This document shows, piece after piece, positions 23,601 to 32,201 of a DNA stretch of 32,201 nucleotides. The DNA comes from Nemertoderma westbladi. Taxonomy: Eukaryota; Animalia; Xenacoelomorpha. The position numbers and the translations under genes are program-made. The first letter of the stretch is position 1. Each line of letters begins with the position of its first letter. The stretch covers positions 1 to 32,201 of the forward strand of contig JAUCBJ010001821.1 of NCBI GenBank assembly GCA_032718475.1. The letters are read 5' to 3'. Under the pieces are notes generated by a model. That model made no database searches. It worked only from the letters and a program-made list of their open reading frames with translations, and was not told the origin of the DNA.

Positions 23601-26600
23601 CTCCAGTAGAGAAGCCTTCTGGTTGCTTACAGTAGAGGAGCCTTTGGGTTGCCTCTAGTAAAGAGGAGCATTCAGGTTGCCTCTGGTAAAGAGGAGCCTT
23701 CGGGTTGTCTCTGGTACAAAAAGAGCATTCGGGTTGCTTCCGGTAGAGGGGAGCCTTCGGGTTACCTCTGATAAAGATGAGCCTTTGGGGGTTGCCTCCA
23801 GTAGAGAAGCCTTCTCGTTGCTTACAGTACAGCAGCCTTTGGGTTGCCTCTAGTAAAGAGGAGCATTCAGGTTGCCTCTGGTAAAGAGGAGCCTTCGGGT
23901 TGTCTCCGGTACAAAAAGAGCATTCGGGTTGCCTCCGGTAGAGAGAAGCCTTCGGGTTGCCTCCGGTAAAGATGAGCCTTCGGGTTGTCTCTGGTAGAGA
24001 GGAACCTTCAGGTTGCCTGTAGCAGAGAACATCCAGTAGAGACGAGCCTATGGGTTGTCTCTGGTAAAGAGGGGCCTTCAGGTTGCCTCCGGTAGAGAGG
24101 AACATTCAGGTTGCCTCTGGTAGAGAGGAACCTCCAGTAAGTAGAGAGGAGCCTTTGGGTTGCCTGTAGTAAAGAGGAGCCTTCAGGTTGCCTCTGGTAA
24201 AGAGGATCCTTCAGCTTTCCTCTGGTAGAGAGGAACATCCAGTAGAGACGAGCCTATGGGTTGCCTCTAGTAAAGAGGGCCTTCAAGTTGTCTCTGGTAA
24301 AGAGGTGCCATCAGGTTGCCTCTGGTACAGAGGAGCCTTCAGGTTGCCTCCGGTAGATAGGAACCTTCGGGTTGTCTCTGGTAAAGATGAGCATTAGGGT
24401 TGCCTCTGGTAGAGAGGAGCCTTCCGGTTGCCTCTGGTAAGAGGAGCCTCAGGTGCCTCTGGTCGGGTTGCCTCCGGTAGAGGAGCCTTCCGGTTGCCTC
24501 TGGTAAAGAGGGGCCTTCAGGTTGCCTCCAGTAGAGAGGACCCTTCGGGTTACCTCCGGAAAAGAGGGGCCTTCTGGTTGCCTTTAGTAAAGAGGAGCCT
24601 TCAGGTTGCCTCTGGAAGAGAAGAGCCTTCGGGATGCCTTTGTTAAAGAGGAGCCTTCAGGTTGCATATGGTAGAGAAGAACCTCCAGTAGAGAGGAGCC
24701 TTTGGGTTTTCTCTGGTAGTTAAAGAGGTGCCTCCAGGTTGCCTACGGTAGAGTGGAACCTCCAGTAGAGAGGAGCCTTCGGGTTTTCTCTGGTAAAGAT
24801 AATCATTAGGGTTGCCTCCGGTAGAAGAGCCTTTGGGTTGCCTCCGGTAAAGATGAGCATTAGGGTTACCTCTGGTAGAGAGGAGCCTTCAGGTTGCCTC
24901 CTGTAGAGATAAACCTTCGGGTTGCCTCCGGTTAAGAGGATTAATAGGGTTACCTCTGGTAGAGAGGAGCCTTCAGGTTGCCTCCGGTAGAGAGGAACCT
25001 CCAGTAGAGAGGAGCCTTCGGGTTTTCTCTGGTAAAGATGAGCATTAGGGTTGCCTCTGGAAGAGCAGAGCATTAGGGTTGCCTCCGGTACAGAGGAACC
25101 TCCAGTAGCGAGGAGCCTTCAGGTTGCCTCCGGTAGAGAGGAACCTCCAGTAGAGAGGAGCCTTCGGGTTTTCTCTGGTAAAGGTTAGCATTAGGGTTGC
25201 CTCTGGTAGAGCGGAGCATTAGGGTTGCCTCCGGTTGAGGAGCCTTCAGTTGCCACCGAGTAGAGAGGAGCCTTTGGGTTGCCTCTGGTAAAGATCAGCT
25301 TTCGGGTAGCCTCTGGTAGAGGAGCCTTCTGGTTGCCTCCGGTGGAGAGGACCCTTTGGGTTGCCTCTGGTAAAGAGGAGCCTTCTCGGTTGCTTCTGGT
25401 AGAGAGGAGCCTTAGGGTTGCCTCTGATAAAGAGGAGCCTTCGGGTTGCAACTGTTAAAGAGGAGCCTTCGGGTTGCCTCTGGGAAAGATCAGCTTTCGG
25501 GTTGCCTCCGGTAGAGGAGCCTTCCGGTTGCCTCTGGTAAAGAGGACCCTTCAGGTTGCCTCTGGTAGAGGGGACCCTTCGGGTTGCCTCTGGTAAAGAG
25601 GAGCTTTAAGGTTGCCACCAGTAGAGCACCCTTCGGGTTTTCCCTCCGGTAAAGATGAGCCTTCTGGTTGCCTCTGGTAAAGAGGAGCCTTCAGGTTGCC
25701 TCTGGAAGAGAGGAGCCTTCGGGATGCCTTTGTTAAAGAGGAGCCTTTAGGTTGCCCATGGTAGAGAGGAAACTCCAGTAGAGAGGATCCTTTGGGTTTT
25801 CTCTGGTAGTTAAAGAGGTGCCTTCAGGTTGCCTACGGTAGAGAGGAACCTCCAGTAGAGAGGAGCCTTCGGGTTTTCTCTGGTAAAGATAATCATTAGG
25901 TTTGTATCTTATAGAGCAGAGCATTATGGTTGCCTCCGGTAGAGAGGAACCTCCAGTAGAGAGGAGCCATCGGGTTTTCTCTGGTAAAGATGAGCAATAG
26001 GACCTCTTATAGAGCAGAGCATTAGGGTTGCCTCCGGTAGAGAGGAACCTCCAGTAGAGAGGAGCCATCGGGTTTTCTCTAGTAAAGATGAGCATTAGGG
26101 TTGCCTCCGGTAGAGAGGAGCCTTCGGGTTTTCTCTGGTAAAGGTTAGCATTAGGGTTGCCTCTGGGAGAGCGGAGCATTAGGGTTGCCTCCGGTTGAGG
26201 AGCCATCAGGTTGTCTCCGGTAAAGAGGAGCATTAGAGTTGCCTCGGGAAGAGAGGAGCCTTCAGGTTGCCTCCAGTAGAGGCGCCTTCGGGTTGCTTCT
26301 GGTAAAGAGGAGCATTAGGGTTGCCTCCAGTAGAGGCGCCTTCGGGTTGCTTCTGGTAAAGAGGAGCATTAGGGTTGCCTCCGGTAGAGAGGAGCCTTCG
26401 GTTTGCCTCTGATAGAGAGGAGCCTTCGGGTTGCCTCTGATAAAGATGAGCTTTAGGGTTGCCTCCAGTAGAGAAGCCTTCTGGCTGTTTACAGTAGAGG
26501 AGCCTTTGGGTTGCTTCTAGTAAAGAGGAGCTTCAGGTTGCCTCCTGTAGAGATGAGCCTTCGGGTTGCCTCCAGTAGAGGAGCCTTCGGGTTGCTTCTG

Positions 26601-28442
26601 GTAAAGAGGAGCATTAGGGTTGCCTCCGGTAGAGAGGAGCCTTCGGGTTGCCTCTGATAAAGATGAGCCTTTGGGGGTTGCCTCCAGTAGAGAAGCCTTC
26701 TGGTTGCTTACAGTAGAGGAGCCTTTGGGTTGCCTCTAGTAAAGAGGAGCATTCAGGTTGCCTCTGGTAAAGAGGAGCCTTCGGGTTGTCTCTGGTACAA
26801 AAAGAGCATTCGGGTTGCTTCCGGTAGAGGGGAGCCTTCGGGTTACCTCTGATAAAGATGAGCCTTTGGGGGTTGCCTCCAGTAGAGAAGCCTTCTCGTT
26901 GCTTACAGTACAGCAGCCTTTGGGTTGCCTCTAGTAAAGAGGAGCATTCAGGTTGCCTCTGGTAAAGAGGAGCCTTCGGGTTGTCTCCGGTACAAAAAGA
27001 GCATTCGGGTTGCCTCCGGTAGAGAGAAGCCTTCGGGTTGCCTCCGGTAAAGATGAGCCTTCGGGTTGTCTCTGGTAGAGAGGAACCTTCAGGTTGCCTG
27101 TAGCAGAGAACATCCAGTAGAGACGAGCCTATGGGTTGTCTCTGGTAAAGAGGGGCCTTCAGGTTGCCTCCGGTAGAGAGGAACATTCAGGTTGCCTCTG
27201 GTAGAGAGGAACCTCCAGTAAGTAGAGAGGAGCCTTTGGGTTGCCTGTAGTAAAGAGGAGCCTTCAGGTTGCCTCTGGTAAAGAGGATCCTTCAGCTTTC
27301 CTCTGGTAGAGAGGAACATCCAGTAGAGACGAGCCTATGGGTTGCCTCTAGTAAAGAGGGCCTTCAAGTTGTCTCTGGTAAAGAGGTGCCATCAGGTTGC
27401 CTCTGGTACAGAGGAGCCTTCAGGTTGCCTCCGGTAGATAGGAACCTTCGGGTTGTCTCTGGTAAAGATGAGCATTAGGGTTGCCTCTGGTAGATAGGAG
27501 CCTTCCGGTTGCCCGGTCAAGAGGAGCCTCCAGGCTGCCTCTGGTAGGGAGGAACCTCCAGTAGAGAGGAGCCTTCGGGTTTTCTCTGGTAAAATGAGCA
27601 TTAGGGTTGCCTTAGGTAGAGCATAGAATTAGGGTTGCTTCCGGTAGAGAGGAGCCTTCGGGTTGCCTCTTGTAGAGAGGAGCCTTCGGGTTGCCTCTGG
27701 TAGAGAGGAGCCTTCCATTGCCTCCGGTAAAGAGGAGCATTAGGGTTACCTCTGGTAAAAAGAAGCCTTATGGTTGCCTCCAGTAGAGTAGAGCCTTCGG
27801 GTTGCCTCTTGTAGAGAGGAGCCTTCGGGTTGCCTCCAGTAAAGAGGCGCCTTAGGGTTGCTTCTGGTAGAGGAGCCTTCGGGTTTCCTCTGGTAAAGAG
27901 GAGCCTTAGGGTTACCTCCATTAGAGAGGAGCCTTCAGGTTGCCTCCAGTAGAGAGGAGCCTTCAGGTTGCCTCCAGTAGAGAGGAGCCTTCGGGTTGCC
28001 TCTGGTAGAGAGGAGCCTTCGAGTTGCCTCCGGTGAGAGGAGCCTTAGGGTTGTTTCTGGTAGAGGAGCCTTCAGGTTGCCTCCGGTAAAGAGGAGCCTT
28101 CGCCCTTCGGGTTGCCTCTGGGAGAGAGGAGCCTTCGGATTGCCTCTGGTGAGAGCAGCCTTCGGGTTGCCTCCGGTAGAGAGGAGCCTTCGGGTTGCCT
28201 CTGGGAGAGAGGAGCCTTCGGATTGCCTCCGGTGAGAGGAGCCTTCAGGTTGCCTCCGGTGAAGAGGAGCCTTCGCCCTTCGGGTTGCCTCTGGGAGAGA
28301 GGAGCCTTCGGATTGCCTCCGGTGAGAGGAGCCTTCAGGTTGCCTCCGGTGATGAGGTGCCTTCGCCCTTCGGATTGCCTCCGGTGAGAGCAGCCTTCGG
28401 GTTGCCTCCGGTAGAGAGGAGCTCCGGGTTGCGTCAGGTAGA
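17673..28442 (+). repeat. 28-bp GC-rich satellite array, ~10.8 kb (roughly 380-400 units)
   Basis: Consensus gagaggagccttcgggttgcctccggta, with 26-bp and 17-bp deletion variants and sharp borders against AT-rich flanks. Confidence 0.98.
21382..27544 (+). repeat. 3081-bp tandem higher-order duplication within the satellite
   Basis: Identical ORF translations offset by exactly 3081 (21639/24720, 22110/25191, 22652/25733, 23533/26614, 24188/27269); junction at 24462/24463. Confidence 0.92.
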
Positions 28443-28949
28443 AATCGAACGATACCGGTAGTGATTGCAGTGGACAAATTATCTTGTATTATTGTAAAAT
28501 AAATTCACTAGAATAACGTGCTTCTGCGTAACGATTTATCGCAGACATGTTCGTTATTCGTAGAAGTTTGGTAATATTCTATGGGAAATATATTTAACAT
28601 AACACGGGGGCAATATTATTATAAATGACTTTCATGATTTTCAATCCCAATATCTAGACATTTTTATAAAATAAAAAAAAACGCCAATCGGAAACGCTTA
28701 AATTAGCGCTAAAGAAAAACAAAAAACACATAACTGGGTGCCAATCAAACTTTAATAATTATATAAAACAAATAATAGAAACGCCATTTACGACAATTAT
28801 GCATCAACTACTACAAAGTTAATTAGCTAAATTAGTATAATTAGATAACCTCCGCCTTTATAATATAATAAATAACAATAAATATACTTAACAAACAAAA
28901 AAGAGTGTAAATAGGTTGTTAAACTGCACCAAATATTATAACAGTATTA

Positions 28950-29880
28950 ATGTTTACCTATTAATTAATATAAATTTGGGGTGAAGTAATGTGGTAGTCA
29001 ATAAATGTTCGCGTAATTATGATTAAGCTCAAATATATATATATATATTCATCAAAATATCGGAATTAATTTTACAAACGAAACCTTTATACGGAATAAC
29101 CTACAAATAAGGTAATTAAACGGAAGAGATACTGACTTAAAAACTAATCAATAATATTCTAACTATAGTTTGAGGTACTGAAATCAAAATAACAGTAATT
29201 AAATAAACTAAAACACTAAATTCCTACAAATTGCTATTTTACATTGCGAAATGAGAATTACTATAATTTTATACATTGCAAAATTTAAGAATGAAAGGAA
29301 TAAATTAGCAGGAGTTTATTAAATTAATAGTTAAAAAAACATATGGAGTGAAATTATATATTGCACTATATAGCATCTAAAATTTGAATATTATGATAAA
29401 CTATAATAAACTAGAAATCAAATTACCTATTATTACCAATTCTAACTTATAGTAAATGGTAATATTAAATAGAGTAATGTGCTAAAATCGTAAACAGATT
29501 GGCAAATAATTAAATAGTACACCACACAAATGGCATTTTTTATTAGTTGTTGTAAAATTTGGTTTAAATAGAAATTGAAAAAAAAACTAGGGATAGATGA
29601 ACGAATGCCTATGCTTAATATAATATGAAGAACTGAAACTTCAATAAGCATTATGCCAATTAACAAGAAATGCCATATACATTTGTATATAGGTGTACTG
29701 AAATAGATTTATAAAATCAACAAAAAAATAGTATAAATAAAAATGACAAATACATACTAATAAATAACGACTATACATGTGTACGAGTACGTGTTACCAT
29801 AACAACATAATATGACATTAGGAATTATTCCGAAACGAATCAAAACATTGACTAAAATACTAAAACGTTCTAAGGCATCT
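28950..29880 (-). pseudogene. possible heavily decayed rhodopsin-class GPCR
   Basis: Hydrophobic segments in the expected order with many stops/frameshifts: GIIPNVIL (TM1-like), KCIWHFLLIGIMLIEVSVLHIILSI (TM3-like), LNFAMYKIIVILISQCKIA (TM5 end-like), LPY/IPY (TM6-like), LLHPKF (TM7-like). AT-rich DNA can mimic such segments. Confidence 0.35.
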
Positions 29881-30319
29881 ATCTAATGGTAGATTATGAG
29901 TCTAAATTCATACAATATCAATAACTATGGCTCAGCCTCTTAAAGAAAACCTTAAAAACGCATAATAATTATGGGACCTATTTAGTGATGGAAAGAAGAC
30001 GAATTTATTTAAAAGATCATTAAAAGATAATTGAAATGAGTTATTATTACACCACACAGGTTGAGAAACGCCGCGCGTTCTAATTATAATCTAGACCTAA
30101 AACGCAGAAAGAAGTAGCGCGATGATAGAGAGTAGATGATCATGGGTAAACTCAGCATAAACGTGTAAACTATATACTGTATACGTAAAAATACAAAACG
30201 ATAGGGGGTCTATATTAAAACACAGCGTTGTTGACAATATTCAACATTATTTTACAAATACATCATCTATTGCATAACATTTAAAATGAAGACACCTTAA
30301 CAAACCTCACCTCATAAAC

Positions 30320-31390
30320 TGAGTGTTAAAATATGTCTTGAGCTGTAATGTTCAATTTTCAAAGCGGTAATTTTATCCCAAAACGATTAATTAGACATAT
30401 TAAATAGGGCAGCATGGTACAATGCCAGAAACATAGCCGCATCAATTACTCGGCCAGCAGCTGGAACACTTTCCAAGTTAGGCGATGTTCTCAAGACCAG
30501 CGTCCTTGAGATACCAGCGAAAGCAAGTTATTAACTGGCCAACATGCCTAATCAAGCCAGAAGAATGTCACAGCACAAGGTCATGAAAAGATTGATCCTC
30601 CCTGTGATAGCATAGAATTGCTATATTTAAACGGTGTTAGCGCATGGTAGAGCAGGGTTTGGGAATGAGGTGCTAGTATAATTGTATAGCACCGCACAAC
30701 CTACCACGGATCTGGTGACCTCGGTAGTGAGAGTCCATCAAGGACACACACAGAACTCAACATCATAGGTTTCACTGCTGCTATGGATAGTTCAACCTTA
30801 AAGTGCTACTCAACTAACTGGTTTGATGAGAGACCATACTGTCTATATCCTGGACAGCAGTTTGATGAGAGACCATTCTGTCCATATCCTGGACAGCAGT
30901 TTCATGAGAGACCATACTGTCCATATCCTGGACAGCAGTTTGATGAGAGACCATACTGTCCATATCCTGGAAAGCAGTTTGATGTGAGACCATAGTTTCC
31001 TATTGTGGTCGCAGAGTCTTCGGCTGAATTGGTTATCCAATATCCAAAACCAAAGATAGCAGAAATTACAGCTACAAATCAACATGACCTACAAATCCAC
31101 TCAGAGAATTACTGATATTATTCATATTGATGATCACCTGCTGTTCAGGACTTTGGTATTCTTGCTATTAACAATAACACCAACACTGTAGGCAGTTTCT
31201 CATATAGGCTGCGTAACAAAGCTTGAGCTCCCACCAAATGTTTCCGATATAACACCAATATTATCGGAAAAGTCGACATCTGTAACATTTTTCATTGGTG
31301 ATGTGACTTCGAAATTTTCAAGGATATTTTATTGAGAGTGTACCACGATGAAAAACGTAGACACTCAGTACTACCTCGGGTGTAGGATAT
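30320..31390 (+). pseudogene. decayed immunoglobulin-superfamily (Ig/Ig/possibly FN3) gene
   Basis: Fragments across frames: YVLSCNV...AAWY...TSVLEIPA (Ig strands B, C, E); KNVTAQGHEKIDPPC...VSAW...TELNIIGFTAAMDSSTLKCYSTN...SSAELVIQYP (strands A-G); then GILAINNN..VGSFS and PPNVSDIT..STSVTF (FN3-like). Multiple stops and frameshifts. Confidence 0.55.
30822..30994 (+). repeat. 39-bp tandem repeat, 4.4 copies
   Basis: tttgatgagagaccatactgtccatatcctggacagcag (FDERPYCPYPGQQ). Confidence 0.95.
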
Positions 31391-31622
31391 GAAATTGCTG
31401 CATCATTATATCACAGACCATATCTCGACAATGCTCGACAATGTCTGATCGAAATTTAGATTTGAATTTCATGCGGCAAACGAATCTGAATTTAGATTTA
31501 TAATTTTTTGAATTAAGATTAAAAAGCTCCCATTCCAGAAGTCTTGAAACCTCTTTGGAAAGTTAAGGCTCTTCTCCTTAAAGTGCATACAATATGATTG
31601 ATTTGTATTTTATTAATATTAC

Positions 31623-31657
31623 GGGGGGTGGGGGTGGGGGGGGGGGGGGGGGGGGGG
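31623..31657 (+). repeat. poly-G tract
   Basis: 35 nt of G with two T interruptions. Confidence 0.9.
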
Positions 31658-32201
31658 CTGTGATATCAAAAAAAATGTTACGAGAAATAATACCAGTTAA
31701 CAATATTGTATGTGCCCCGCTAAGTTCATTTTCGATTATTAACTATGAGTAACGATAAATAACTGGCATATTTCAACGCACTGCGAACAAAGTTAACATG
31801 ACTAATTAATTAAATTATATACTGCCCTATAATATAATAATATTAAAAGTTTATTTATTGTTGGAGAGTGTTACGAATTTTCTCCTAAAACAAACCCTAT
31901 ACCATGTAAATAAATAATACTCAATTGGTTGTACTTTTCAATATTTTTATATAAGGCTAAAAATACAATTATTGTGACATAATAATTATTGTGAGATACA
32001 TTTTACTGCGAAAAGTTAATTGCCGGTGTGTATTACATAGCCTGTGCGTGCATTGTAACACACACGAGGCCAATTTATGTATTATCTATTTATTATAGTT
32101 CACCTCGACTAATAACGAATCAACAAATGGTGACATGGTAACCATTGATTAGAATCTTGTAAATCACTTTCCGATTTTCGCTTTGAAGTCTATATGATAT
32201 A

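Noticed and set aside
17673-28442. CRISPR array (28-bp hairpin repeat)
   Set aside because: Units are directly tandem with no unique spacers, there are no cas genes, and the context is eukaryotic. The same applies to 9950-10320.
17838-28477. Dozens of ORFs (GGNPKAPLYRRQPEGSSLPEATRRLLST-type)
   Set aside because: Translations of a 28-bp unit that is stop-free on the minus strand and cycles through all frames; broken at random by variants.

Overview
Eukaryotic, AT-rich, repeat-dense animal (probably invertebrate) genomic DNA; no prokaryotic systems. There is one clearly intact host gene, eIF6 (15565-16305, minus strand, no CDS introns). A 4.3-kb P-superfamily/THAP DNA transposon (3625-7940) has 131-bp TIRs, a 7-bp TSD, a frameshifted, internally deleted transposase and an internal minisatellite. 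Several non-autonomous TIR/foldback elements lie between 8.4 and 17.2 kb, and a shared ~50-bp cassette recurs six times inside four of them. A ~10.8-kb GC-rich 28-bp satellite (17673-28442) can fold into a cUUCGg hairpin per monomer, shows CpG-decay variants and has higher-order duplications up to 3081 bp. The right end holds decayed remnants of a probable GPCR and an Ig-superfamily gene. Most ORFs in the supplied track are by-products of tandem repeats. All alignments and translations were done by eye; no database search was possible.
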